Shown here: positions 1-9,071 of the stretch, piece after piece
Numbering within the stretch: position 1 is the first letter of the stretch
How the letters are laid out: each line of letters starts with the position of its first letter
IMG/VR virus record: IMGVR_UViG_3300029585_000037
Coordinates: 1-64,000 of that record
Strand: one strand, 5' to 3'
DNA: 64,000 nucleotides
Source: a virus
Program-made: the position numbers and the translations under genes
Notes under the pieces: model-generated
Told to the model about the DNA's origin: nothing
The model's input: the letters and a program-made list of their open reading frames with translations, nothing else
Databases searched by the model: none

Positions 1-1
1 A

Positions 2-268
2 CTTGTTATAGATATGCCACTTGAAGAATTAGCTGCTGCACTTTCTGATAATGCAGAGCACTTTGAAAAAGTTCTTGCTGGCTTAGGTAAAAAAGATGAG
101 AAGTTAGGTAAAAATCGTGACAAGATGGAAAAAGACCTAAAAGCTACAAAGAAAGCTAAAGCAACTGCTAAGAAAAAAGCAAAATCTGAAAAAGAAGAGC
201 CAAAGAAAGTTGCTAAAAAGACTACAAAGAAGTCAACTAAAAAGACTACAAAGAAGTCTAAGAAGTAA
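2..268 (+). CDS. 3' end of a gene for a lysine-rich basic protein (5' end probably upstream of window)
   Basis: Frame open from nt 2; first in-window Met at 14; last ~50 aa K/A/T-rich (KKAKATAKKKAKSEKEEPKKVAKKTTKKSTKKTTKKSKK), histone-H1-like tail; terminator follows. Confidence 0.5.
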   Translation, partial: LVIDMPLEELAAALSDNAEHFEKVLAGLGKKDEKLGKNRDKMEKDLKATKKAKATAKKKAKSEKEEPKKVAKKTTKKSTKKTTKKSKK

Positions 269-290
269 AAATAACTTCTAAACAAAACAA

Positions 291-316
291 AGCCTCACTT
301 GTAGTGGGGCTTTTTT
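291..316 (+). terminator. rho-independent terminator
   Basis: AGCCTCAC/GTGGGGCT 8-bp stem (one G-U), 5-nt loop, T6 run. Confidence 0.7.
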
Positions 317-322
317 AATTAC

Positions 323-360
323 CATAGTTAGCTAATAAAATTAAATAATAAAAACGATTT
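323..360 (+). promoter_or_regulatory. CATAGTTA box plus AATAAAAACGATTT leader motif
   Basis: CATAGTTAGCTAAT at 323-336 (member of recurrent CA(T)AGTTA family); AATAAAAACGATTT at 347-360 is identical to 62782-62795 upstream of the capsid gene. Confidence 0.3.
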
Positions 361-368
361 TCAAAATT

Positions 369-1583
369 ATGAAAGAGCAAATTATCAATAACTCTATTAT
401 GACGGAAACATTTTCAAAGTCATACCCAGTGATAAATAAATATATTGTAGAGAATGGAGATCATGTAGAAAGTAGAAATGGAGACACAAAAGAAATTTTA
501 AATTTCAAAACTGAAATACACAATCCATACAGAAGATGTGTTGGTAATAATGGAAGAGACATTAATGTATTCTTTTTATTAGCAGAAGCATTATGGATTT
601 TTAGAGGTCGTAAGGATGTTGATTTTCTGGTAAAGTTTAATAATCAGATGAAAGAATATTCGGATGACGGAGTTAATTTCCATGCTCCATATGGTTTTCG
701 TATGAGAAGATATGGTGTTAGTAGTTTTGATAATAGTAAACCTACTTCACCAGAAAATAATGGTCATGCACACCAGCAAATGATTGATGGGATAGATCAG
801 ATTTTATCTGCAATGATTATGCTTAAAGAAAATCCAGAAAGTAGAAGAGTTGTAATATCTATTTGGAATCCAGATTTAGATTTAGGTACTGTATCAAAGG
901 ACTTACCTTGTAATGATATGTTAATGTTGAAAGTAAGAGGTGGTAAATTACATTCTACAATAGCTAATAGAAGTAATGATTTGCATTGGGGTTTACCTAC
1001 AAATGTATTTCAGTTTAGTTTTGTTACTGAGATAATGTCTAATATAATGGGTATAGAATTAGGCACTCAAACTCATAATTCTCAAAGTCTTCATTTTTAT
1101 ATTGATAATCCGATAGCAATGAAGATGTATGAAAATATGAGCTTTACTAATTCAAAATTTGATGATCTGTATGATTATTCTAAAGAAATTAGGATTGATA
1201 TGAATTTTGATAAGGTTGATAAAAGAAACAGGCAAGATTTATCAAGTGATAGTATTGAAAGAAAACTTGCAATTGTAGATGATTTTATAGATAGAATTAT
1301 ATACAGTTTAGATAGAGGTGAAAAGATGCCCGCATCTGATTTAAAAGCCTTAAAGAACTTTTCAGAGTATTTATTCATAACTTATGAATTATTATGGAAT
1401 TATCTAAGATATAAATTTGGTACTACAAAAACTGATCAAGATAAAAAGAATGCTATTGAAAAATTAAATGTATTGTCAAATGAGTATGGTAATCCAGACA
1501 TAATTACTATGTGTAAGAATTTTTATGTTTCAAAAATGAAAGATAAGTCTGATTATCAAAATACTATTTTAGGTACTCTATAA
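369..1583 (+). CDS. Thymidylate-synthase-fold enzyme (ThyA / pyrimidine hydroxymethylase family), candidate dUMP hydroxymethylase
   Basis: By-eye match to ThyA motifs: ENPESRRVVISIWNP, catalytic Cys in DLPCNDML, NRSNDLHWGLPTNVFQF (Asn at the ThyA Asn177 position), SLHFY; ~130-aa extra C-terminal tail. Confidence 0.75.
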   Translation: MKEQIINNSIMTETFSKSYPVINKYIVENGDHVESRNGDTKEILNFKTEIHNPYRRCVGNNGRDINVFFLLAEALWIFRGRKDVDFLVKFNNQMKEYSDDGVNFHAPYGFRMRRYGVSSFDNSKPTSPENNGHAHQQMIDGIDQILSAMIMLKENPESRRVVISIWNPDLDLGTVSKDLPCNDMLMLKVRGGKLHSTIANRSNDLHWGLPTNVFQFSFVTEIMSNIMGIELGTQTHNSQSLHFYIDNPIAMKMYENMSFTNSKFDDLYDYSKEIRIDMNFDKVDKRNRQDLSSDSIERKLAIVDDFIDRIIYSLDRGEKMPASDLKALKNFSEYLFITYELLWNYLRYKFGTTKTDQDKKNAIEKLNVLSNEYGNPDIITMCKNFYVSKMKDKSDYQNTILGTL

Positions 1584-1584
1584 T

Positions 1585-4500
1585 ATGACAAAAGATTTTA
1601 AAAATTGGTGTGAGTCAAATTCTATAAAATTTTCTAAGACTAAAGATGGTTATTGGGAGATTAAAGGATTTGGCTCATTCATTTTTGTAGATGATAAGGA
1701 TGGTAAATTACTTGATGATACATTCTTGATTATGCTATCTGAAGATGAACAGGATATAGTAGAAGATCAGAAAGTTGATTATATAGTATATAAATGGGGT
1801 ACGAGATTTTTCTATACTTCTACTAAAGAAACAGGCAAAAATGAATATAATGAAATTGGTGTTAATCTAAAGTTAAACGATTTTAAAAACATAGGCAAAT
1901 ATGAACCTATTGTAGAAATAGATTTTGTTAATTTAGGAGTTCATACAGGATATGAATTGTTGAATGGCAGTTGTGAGGCATATCAGTATGCTGATAAGAC
2001 AAGTTATTTAGGTCATGATTGTTTAGGATTAGCTGAGAAAAATACACTTGCTGGCACAATAGCTTTTCAAACTGCTTGTCTGAAAAAAGATATAAAACCT
2101 ATTATTGGCTATACTGTTTCAGTGGCTTATAATTATGATCCAGAGATTGAAAACCAAGAATTGTTTGATTTAAAGTTTTATGCTAAAAATGAAAAAGGTT
2201 GGCGTAATTTATTACGTATGAATAAAGCTGTCAATGTTGATAATGAAGGGTTTTTAATAAAAGAAGATATTGAGTCATTGTCAGATGGTTTAATATGTGT
2301 TTTACCTATGGAAAGTTATTTTCATAAGTTTATTTATCAAAAGAAATTTGCAGTCAAGGAAATCAAGTATTTTAAAAGAATTTTCAAAAAAGATTTATAT
2401 TGTCAATTAGACTTAACAGAATTTGTAGATGATGGTATAGATATAGATAGATTGAAGATTATAAAAAAATACATGTCATCATATTACAAGATGATTAAAC
2501 CAGTTTATATTTCTGATGCTTATTATGTAGATAAAATAGATAGCGAAGTTAAAAGCATATTGAATAGCATAGACAGGAAAGCTAATCCAAAATCATCTGA
2601 TCAATATCTAAAGACAATAGATGACATATTTGATAAAAATATAGGTTTGTTTGAGTCAAATGAAGATAGTCTTGATATATTTCTTGAATCTATTGATAAT
2701 ACAGTAGTAATAGCAAAAGAATGTAATTTTCAGATTGATACAGGAAATCATAAATTACCTAAATTTGAAGTGAAAGACCCATTAGAATTATATTATGATT
2801 TATTAGCAAAAGGGTTTGAAAAAAAGATTGTTGGTAAAGTACCTGATGATAAACTTGAAGAATACTATGAACGCTTAGACAAAGAAAACAATGTAATTGT
2901 AAATGCTGGATTTATAGATTATTTCTTAATACTTTGGGATGTTATTGAGTATGCTAAAGCTAATGATATTTTAGTAGGAGTTGGTCGTGGTTCTGCTGGT
3001 GGAAGTTTGGTTGCATATCTTCTAAATATTATAGAGATTGACCCTATTGAATATGACCTTTTATTTGAGCGTTTTTTGAATGAGACGAGGGTATCTGGAG
3101 AGCGTGCGAAAGCAGCCGATGCCTTACCAGATATTGATTTAGATTTTGAAGGTAGAAAACGAGATGAAATAAAAAGATATATAGAACATAAGTATGGTGT
3201 TGATCATGTATGTTCTATTGGTACTTTTAATAGAATGAAAGTAAAATCTATTATTAAGGATTTTGCAAGAGTTATGGGAGTATCATTTCAGGAAGCAAAT
3301 TCAATTACAAAAAAGATTGATCCATTTGATAAAAAAGTAGCTAAAGGACTACCATATGAAGACATTTTTGATTGGGCATTAAAAAACAAAACTCTAAAGA
3401 ATTTTGTTCAGAAACACATTGACTTATTCGAGTTAATAAAAGCACCTATGAATCAACAACGTTCATCTTCTATACATGCGTCAGCTGTTATTATTACACC
3501 AAAAGAAGATAATGATGGAAATCCTATGACTATATATGATTGGATGCCTGTTAGAAAAATAGATGGAGTTCTTGTATCAGAATGGGAAGGCAAATACATA
3601 GATAAGGCTGGATTTTTAAAAGAAGACATATTAGGTATTGCTCAGCTTGATAAGTTCAGAATGACCTTAGAACTTATAAAGAAAAATCTGAATAAAGATA
3701 TAGACTTGAATCAAGTTAGTACTAAACACAAAAAGACATTCAAAACTTTTCAAAAAGGGATGAATGAGGATGTCTTTCAATTTGGTACTGGTGGATTGAA
3801 AAAATATTCTATTGATGTTAAGCCTACTGAAGTTGAAGACCTTATATCAATGAATGCCTTATACAGACCTGGTCCAATGAATTCTGATGCTCATAATGAT
3901 TTTGTTAGAATTAGACGTGGCAAAAAGAAAGCTGTATTTGATATAGGGATGGAAAAAGTTACAGAGAAAACATTTGGACTTTATGTTTATCAGGAACAGG
4001 TTATGCAGGCTATGGTGGTAGGTGGTATGACTCTTTCAGAGGCAGATCAAGTAAGAACTTACATGAAGAAATTTGATGACAAAAGTCTTCAAAAATTCAA
4101 AAAGAAATTCGTAAAAGGATACTCAAAAGTAGTCAAGAAAAAAGCTAAAAATCCTAAAAAATATGCAACTGAAGTTTGGGATAAATTATACCAATTCTCA
4201 AGCTATGGTTTTAACAGATCTCACGCTGCTGCTTATTCAGTAATGGGATATTGGAGTCAGTGGTTAAAAGTTAATTATCCATTAGAGTTCTGGACAGCTT
4301 CATTAAATTTTGTAAAACGTCTTGAAGATTTTCCAAATAGAATTTCTGAGATGCGTAAGATGACAAAGATTAGAGTAGCTCCACCAGATATCAATAAGTC
4401 CGATATATATTTTACATCAGATGTAGAAACTAATAATATATATTGGTCATTTGAGCAGATAAAACAAGTTGGTCCAGCATCAGCTGCTGCTATATTACAA

Positions 4501-5169
4501 GAACGTAAGGAAAATGGGCAATTTTATGACTTAGAAGAGTTCTTACAAAGAATACCTAAAAGACAAGTCAATAAAAGAGTTGTTGTTCACTTGATTTTAG
4601 CTGGAGCGTTTGATGAATTATGCATAGGTAATAATAATGACGTACGCAGAAGATTAGACATACTAAAAGAATATTTCCAACTAATTCGGGCTGATTTACC
4701 AGAAGAGTTTGAAGCTGAAGATTGTAAAAAAGCATTTTACTGGAAAATGAAGCAAAGAGAATTGACTGGATTTGCTGACTTATCATTTGATAGTTTATTA
4801 GCTAAAAACAAAAAGACAAAAAGGTATCTTAATATATATAAAACACCTCAAGAAATTTCTTTATTAGATTTACAATCTAAAGAAAAAATGCCTGTTTTAG
4901 TAGCTGGATTGGTAGTTAATGTAAAAATTAAAAACACTAAAAAAGGAGACAGGATGGCTAATATTACTATGGATAATAACAATAATACTTTCATGGTTAC
5001 GTTTTGGTCTCAAATGTTTGAAAAGAAAGGATTTGAGGAATATTTATCAGGGTTAAATAAAAGAGAAGTCGTAATAGCAATTAAAGCTCAAGTTTCCAAC
5101 TGGAAAGAGATGATTCAGATAACAAACACATACGATACTTCTCATACTAAAATTATAGAATTAACTTAA
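1585..5169 (+). CDS. dnaE: DNA polymerase III alpha subunit (DnaE-type replicative polymerase)
   Basis: 1194 aa; PHP-like FVNLGVHTGYELLNGS, GRGSAGGSLVAYLLNIIEIDP, LPDIDLDFE, NALYRPGP, GFNRSHAAAYS, C-terminal OB (VLVAGLVVNVK..KGDRMANITMD). Confidence 0.9.
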   Translation: MTKDFKNWCESNSIKFSKTKDGYWEIKGFGSFIFVDDKDGKLLDDTFLIMLSEDEQDIVEDQKVDYIVYKWGTRFFYTSTKETGKNEYNEIGVNLKLNDFKNIGKYEPIVEIDFVNLGVHTGYELLNGSCEAYQYADKTSYLGHDCLGLAEKNTLAGTIAFQTACLKKDIKPIIGYTVSVAYNYDPEIENQELFDLKFYAKNEKGWRNLLRMNKAVNVDNEGFLIKEDIESLSDGLICVLPMESYFHKFIYQKKFAVKEIKYFKRIFKKDLYCQLDLTEFVDDGIDIDRLKIIKKYMSSYYKMIKPVYISDAYYVDKIDSEVKSILNSIDRKANPKSSDQYLKTIDDIFDKNIGLFESNEDSLDIFLESIDNTVVIAKECNFQIDTGNHKLPKFEVKDPLELYYDLLAKGFEKKIVGKVPDDKLEEYYERLDKENNVIVNAGFIDYFLILWDVIEYAKANDILVGVGRGSAGGSLVAYLLNIIEIDPIEYDLLFERFLNETRVSGERAKAADALPDIDLDFEGRKRDEIKRYIEHKYGVDHVCSIGTFNRMKVKSIIKDFARVMGVSFQEANSITKKIDPFDKKVAKGLPYEDIFDWALKNKTLKNFVQKHIDLFELIKAPMNQQRSSSIHASAVIITPKEDNDGNPMTIYDWMPVRKIDGVLVSEWEGKYIDKAGFLKEDILGIAQLDKFRMTLELIKKNLNKDIDLNQVSTKHKKTFKTFQKGMNEDVFQFGTGGLKKYSIDVKPTEVEDLISMNALYRPGPMNSDAHNDFVRIRRGKKKAVFDIGMEKVTEKTFGLYVYQEQVMQAMVVGGMTLSEADQVRTYMKKFDDKSLQKFKKKFVKGYSKVVKKKAKNPKKYATEVWDKLYQFSSYGFNRSHAAAYSVMGYWSQWLKVNYPLEFWTASLNFVKRLEDFPNRISEMRKMTKIRVAPPDINKSDIYFTSDVETNNIYWSFEQIKQVGPASAAAILQERKENGQFYDLEEFLQRIPKRQVNKRVVVHLILAGAFDELCIGNNNDVRRRLDILKEYFQLIRADLPEEFEAEDCKKAFYWKMKQRELTGFADLSFDSLLAKNKKTKRYLNIYKTPQEISLLDLQSKEKMPVLVAGLVVNVKIKNTKKGDRMANITMDNNNNTFMVTFWSQMFEKKGFEEYLSGLNKREVVIAIKAQVSNWKEMIQITNTYDTSHTKIIELT

Positions 5170-5170
5170 T

Positions 5171-5794
5171 ATGAAAAACACATTTGATAATTTTCTTCAC
5201 GATAATGATTTTGACCAATTGAATAATATGGTTAGATGGAATGGTATGAACAGAATAAAAGATGAAACAGTAGCACATCATTCCTTTATAGTCTCTGTAT
5301 TTTCCAGAGTATTAGCTGAGGAAGTTTTTGTTGGTATTTTATTTCCAGATGTAAAGATAAAACTTGATATAGTTACTTATGCATTATTTCATGATTATGA
5401 TGAGATGTTTACTGGAGACGTTCTTCATAATTTAAAGTATAATCCATTTAATGGGCCAGAAATTAGAAATAACATAGATGAATATTTAGAGTATAAAATC
5501 AAAGATAAATTTAACAGTGGTTCTAAGACTGATAATATGTTCAAGAATACAATGTTAAAAGATTTTCCTAAATTTGTTTCAGAGTTAGTAAAGGTCGCAG
5601 ATTGGTTATCAATGTATTTTTATCTTTATAAAGAACAGGAATTAGGTAATACAGGAGTTTGTAAAACAAGACAATATTGTATAAAAGGTATAATAAATTC
5701 TGTTAATACTGTAATTGAATCATTAGAGAAACAGAATGATTATAAAATCAATTTAGATATTTTGAACGAAATTAAAACAATAAAATATGAGTAA
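5171..5794 (+). CDS. HD-domain phosphohydrolase, YfbR-like 5'-deoxynucleotidase
   Basis: RWNG..ETVAHHSFIVSVFSRVLAEE and ALFHDYDEMFTGD match the H..HD..D metal motif of YfbR-type HD nucleotidases. Confidence 0.65.
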   Translation: MKNTFDNFLHDNDFDQLNNMVRWNGMNRIKDETVAHHSFIVSVFSRVLAEEVFVGILFPDVKIKLDIVTYALFHDYDEMFTGDVLHNLKYNPFNGPEIRNNIDEYLEYKIKDKFNSGSKTDNMFKNTMLKDFPKFVSELVKVADWLSMYFYLYKEQELGNTGVCKTRQYCIKGIINSVNTVIESLEKQNDYKINLDILNEIKTIKYE

Positions 5795-6143
5795 AGTATG
5801 CTTTGATAAGGATTTAATGTCTCAAATAGAGAATTATAATGTGGAAGAAGTCTTAGAATTTCTTGATAAGTTACATTCAGTATCTCAAAAAATAACAAAA
5901 GAGAAAGATGAAGACTATGGAGGCAGTTGGCAAAAAGATGGATTGTTATCAGTACATCTAAATACTAAAAGAAAATGGGATAGGCTTCAAAATATATTTG
6001 AAAATGGTTTTAATGTTAATTTAGAAACAGAAACTGCTTTAGATACATTGATAGATTTGAGAAATTATGTGGGATTATATACATTTTTCTTGAGTAAGAA
6101 ATATCCAGAACAATTTCAGAAATTTTTAGAGCAAAATGGGTAA
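5787..6143 (+). CDS. DUF1599-like (nucleotide-modification-associated, MazG-like all-alpha) protein
   Basis: DEDYGGSWQKDGLLSVHLNTKRKWDRLQNI ... ALDTLIDLRNYVGLY resembles from memory the YG.SW...K..R / D...DL.NY pattern of DUF1599; overlaps upstream gene by 8 nt. Confidence 0.4.
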   Translation: MSKVCFDKDLMSQIENYNVEEVLEFLDKLHSVSQKITKEKDEDYGGSWQKDGLLSVHLNTKRKWDRLQNIFENGFNVNLETETALDTLIDLRNYVGLYTFFLSKKYPEQFQKFLEQNG

Positions 6144-6675
6144 AAGCAAATTAGTATTCAATCTTGGAGATAAGGTAGTAAAATTTACTGTTCAAGATTT
6201 TGATAAGAATGTAGAAATAGACAAGCTATTAAAGATTGATTATGGTAATCTTGTAGCCGAGTTAGTAACATTTCCAGTAGTTGTAAATAAATTAGGTTTA
6301 CTTGCTGCCGAAATGGACAATGAAGTTCAATTAGCTAAATTGAATTTATCTGTAACTGAAGCAAAATTAAAAGATAAAATACGTAAGCAATTAACATTTG
6401 AAGATGATAAGGGCAGACGTAAAACACCTACTATCGCAGAAGTAGATGATGCTTTAACAAGAAATAAATTATGGATAAAAAAGAAGACTGCTTACATTAC
6501 CATAATGAAAGAAAAAGAATACATGTATTCTATTTATGAGTCTGCTAAGGATAAGTCAAGAAAATTAGACAAACTTAGCTTAACTCTAAAAACTGGAGAC
6601 ATCGATACAGATATAATTCAAAGACAACTTAATAATGTCTATTTCAAGATAAAAGATGGATTCATTAAAGATTAA
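6136..6675 (+). CDS. hypothetical protein (coiled-coil; directly upstream of SSB/recombinase genes)
   Basis: 179-aa ORF, 8-nt overlap with upstream gene; no motif recognised. Confidence 0.55.
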   Translation: MGKSKLVFNLGDKVVKFTVQDFDKNVEIDKLLKIDYGNLVAELVTFPVVVNKLGLLAAEMDNEVQLAKLNLSVTEAKLKDKIRKQLTFEDDKGRRKTPTIAEVDDALTRNKLWIKKKTAYITIMKEKEYMYSIYESAKDKSRKLDKLSLTLKTGDIDTDIIQRQLNNVYFKIKDGFIKD

Positions 6676-6676
6676 A

Positions 6677-6691
6677 CATAGTTATAATTAG
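6677..6691 (+). promoter_or_regulatory. CATAGTTATAATTAG box (recurrent post-stop motif)
   Basis: Starts 2 nt after the stop codon at 6673-6675 and lies 24 nt upstream of the SSB start; followed by GTATAAATTC. Confidence 0.3.
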
Positions 6692-6714
6692 TATAAATTC
6701 AATACCTATAAAAA

Positions 6715-7899
6715 ATGTCAAATTTACGTAAGAAATACGCAAAAAAGGTCACTAAGCTAAAAGACCTGCAAGAAAAAAATGAGCAAGATGACGCTAATTT
6801 GGGATATTCTGGTAGTAATGACTATTTGGATATTACAGATGGTAAAACTAATAAATTTAGATTATTTCCAGCTCATGATGGGCCAGACTTCTTTAAGTTA
6901 AGAAAGCGTTACTGGGTAACTATCAATGGTGACGATGGAGATGCTAAAAGAACTGTTTTAGATGCAAGAGTTCATGGAGGACAAAAGCGAGATATCATTG
7001 ATGAATATGTTAAATTCGCTAAGAAAAATGTAAAAGATAATGATGTGTTATCTAAAATAACTCACTGGAAAGATGGCTTAACTGCAGAGCATTCTTGGAT
7101 TGCATATGCTATTAAGGTATCTAAAAAAGAACGTGAATTTGGATTATTGTCTTTCAAAAAGACAGTTAGAGATGCTATCAATAAGGCTATATTCATTGAG
7201 TCAGATGACGAGCCGATAGAAGTGGATCCATTCACTCACCCAGATGATGGTTTACCTTTACTTGTAAAGTATAACAGTAAGCCTAATAAGAAAAAAGGTG
7301 AAGACTATTATGATGTACAAATAGGTCGTAGAGCCGTGAGGCTTACAGATGAAGAACTTGAAAAGCATGATGCTTCTAAGTCTTTAGATGAGTTATTTGA
7401 TAATGTTTATACATTAAAAGATTTTGAACTTGCTTTAGATGCACTTGAGAAGTTCGATATTGATCATGAAGTTGATCTATTTGAAGATGATAGATGGCTT
7501 GAATTAGTTCAAGAAATTCGTGAAGCTTTGGGTGATTCAGAAGAGGATGATGAAGATGAACCTAAAAAGAAGTCTAAGAAAAAATCAAAAAAGAAAGTTG
7601 AAGACGATGAGGATGAGGATGATGAAGACGATGACGACTTTGAAGATGAAGAAGAAGATGAAGAAGAAGATGAAGAAGAAGATGAAGAAGAAGATGAAGA
7701 AGAAGATGATGATGAAGATGATGATGACTTTGAAGACGAGGATGAAGACGAAGAAGAAGATGAAGATGATGAGGAAGATGAGGAAGAAGAAGATGAAGAG
7801 CCTAAAAAGAAGTCTAAGAAAAAATCTAAAGATAAAAAAGGCAAAAAGTCTAAAATGTCTGTAGATGATATAAGAGCAAGACTACGCAAGAAAAAATAA
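6715..7899 (+). CDS. gp32-like single-stranded DNA-binding protein with giant acidic C-terminal tract
   Basis: NKFRLFPAHDG, SWIAYAIKV..EFGLLSFKKTVRDAINKAI, VDPFTHPDDGLPLLVKYNS are colinear with T4 gp32 blocks (VIRFLPS, YWANILVV..FKYRFGKKIWDKINAMI, VDVTCPWEGANFVLKV); ~90-aa D/E tract. Confidence 0.6.
   Translation: MSNLRKKYAKKVTKLKDLQEKNEQDDANLGYSGSNDYLDITDGKTNKFRLFPAHDGPDFFKLRKRYWVTINGDDGDAKRTVLDARVHGGQKRDIIDEYVKFAKKNVKDNDVLSKITHWKDGLTAEHSWIAYAIKVSKKEREFGLLSFKKTVRDAINKAIFIESDDEPIEVDPFTHPDDGLPLLVKYNSKPNKKKGEDYYDVQIGRRAVRLTDEELEKHDASKSLDELFDNVYTLKDFELALDALEKFDIDHEVDLFEDDRWLELVQEIREALGDSEEDDEDEPKKKSKKKSKKKVEDDEDEDDEDDDDFEDEEEDEEEDEEEDEEEDEEEDDDEDDDDFEDEDEDEEEDEDDEEDEEEEDEEPKKKSKKKSKDKKGKKSKMSVDDIRARLRKKK
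7537..7853 (+). repeat. Low-complexity GAA/GAT coding repeat flanked by a perfect 26-bp direct repeat
   Basis: CCTAAAAAGAAGTCTAAGAAAAAATC at 7561-7586 and 7801-7826; five perfect tandem GAAGAAGAAGAT units at 7648-7707. Confidence 0.9.
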
Positions 7900-7924
7900 T
7901 TTAGTATTGTTTGTAGTTGGAATA

Positions 7925-7956
7925 AAAGGGTATGTGATTAATTTTGCATACCCTTT
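7925..7956 (+). terminator. hairpin, putative terminator after SSB gene
   Basis: AAAGGGTATG / CATACCCTTT 10-bp stem, 12-nt loop; only a short T run. Confidence 0.45.
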
Positions 7957-7984
7957 CAAAGTTAAATATAAAAAGTTTAAAAAT

Positions 7985-9070
7985 ATGAGTATAATAGATA
8001 AAATTGTACAGAAATTTGATAATGAGGATATCATTAAATTTTCTGATAAGGATAATTTCAAAGAAATGAAATCTTGGTGTGGTACCAATGTTCCTCAGCT
8101 TGAATATAATTTAGGTACTCTTGGCTTACCAACAGGAATAATGGAAATTGCAGGTGTTTCTAAGTCTGGTAAAACCACTTTAGGACTTGAATCTATGGCT
8201 AACTTTCTAAGGCAAGACGAAAATGGTATAGCAGTAATTCTTTCATCTGAAAATAGAGATAATAAAGAGTATGCTGCTAAATTAGGAATAGATACTGAAA
8301 AAGTAATAATTCTTAAAATACGCTATGTTGAGGATATGTTTATGAAAGTAAAGAAAATGATTCAAGATGTAGAAGAGATTTTTGAGATTGAAAATCTTGG
8401 AGAACCAAAATTCTTTTTTCTATGGGATAGTTTAGGTGCTACATTATCTAAGGCTGAATTAGATACTATGGAGCATAATACAGCTGAAATGGAAAAGGCA
8501 ATGGCTAAAGGTAAGGCTATGTCTAAGTCAGCTACAAAACATGCTCAGATGGGTGCTTTTGCTAAACAAGCTAAGATGTTTAGTAAATTTTTATTAGGTG
8601 AAATGTATGACAAAACAATACATTTTATAATTCTTAACCACGTCTATAACAAGATGGATGGAAGAGGTGGAAAAAAATCTGGAGGTGGAGAATGGGTAGA
8701 GTATATGCCTACTATTAGACTAAGGATGGCAGTTGTAGGTCATGAAAAATTAGATGATGTGGAAGTTGCTCAATATTCTGAAATAAAAGTAGTCAAAAAT
8801 GATTTTGGATCAAGACGTAAAACAAAAGTAGAGATATTACTTGGAAAGGGATTTGTATTAAATGCTGAAGATATAGCATTTGCTGTAGAAGAGGGCATCA
8901 TAGAAAAAGTATCTGCATCTAAGTGGTCATTCATGAAAGGTAAGATGACTTGGAACTCCAAAAGAACATTCTATCAATTGTATTACGATAATAATAAGTA
9001 TTTACCTTTACTACATAAAAAGGTCACTAAAGCAAGACATGAACGTGTATTAGATGAAAGAGAGTCATAA
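7985..9070 (+). CDS. RecA/UvsX-family recombinase
   Basis: Walker A GVSKSGKTTLGLE, Walker B-like FFFLWDSLGA; start moved to Met 7985 because the listed 7907 start runs through the hairpin. Confidence 0.7.
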   Translation: MSIIDKIVQKFDNEDIIKFSDKDNFKEMKSWCGTNVPQLEYNLGTLGLPTGIMEIAGVSKSGKTTLGLESMANFLRQDENGIAVILSSENRDNKEYAAKLGIDTEKVIILKIRYVEDMFMKVKKMIQDVEEIFEIENLGEPKFFFLWDSLGATLSKAELDTMEHNTAEMEKAMAKGKAMSKSATKHAQMGAFAKQAKMFSKFLLGEMYDKTIHFIILNHVYNKMDGRGGKKSGGGEWVEYMPTIRLRMAVVGHEKLDDVEVAQYSEIKVVKNDFGSRRKTKVEILLGKGFVLNAEDIAFAVEEGIIEKVSASKWSFMKGKMTWNSKRTFYQLYYDNNKYLPLLHKKVTKARHERVLDERES

Positions 9071-9071
9071 T

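Noticed and set aside
7509-7889. Poly-serine ORF (minus strand) and the M/K-rich ORF 7520-7864 (+ strand, alternate frame)
   Set aside because: These are artefacts of reading the GAA/GAT acidic-tract repeat of the SSB-like gene in other frames.
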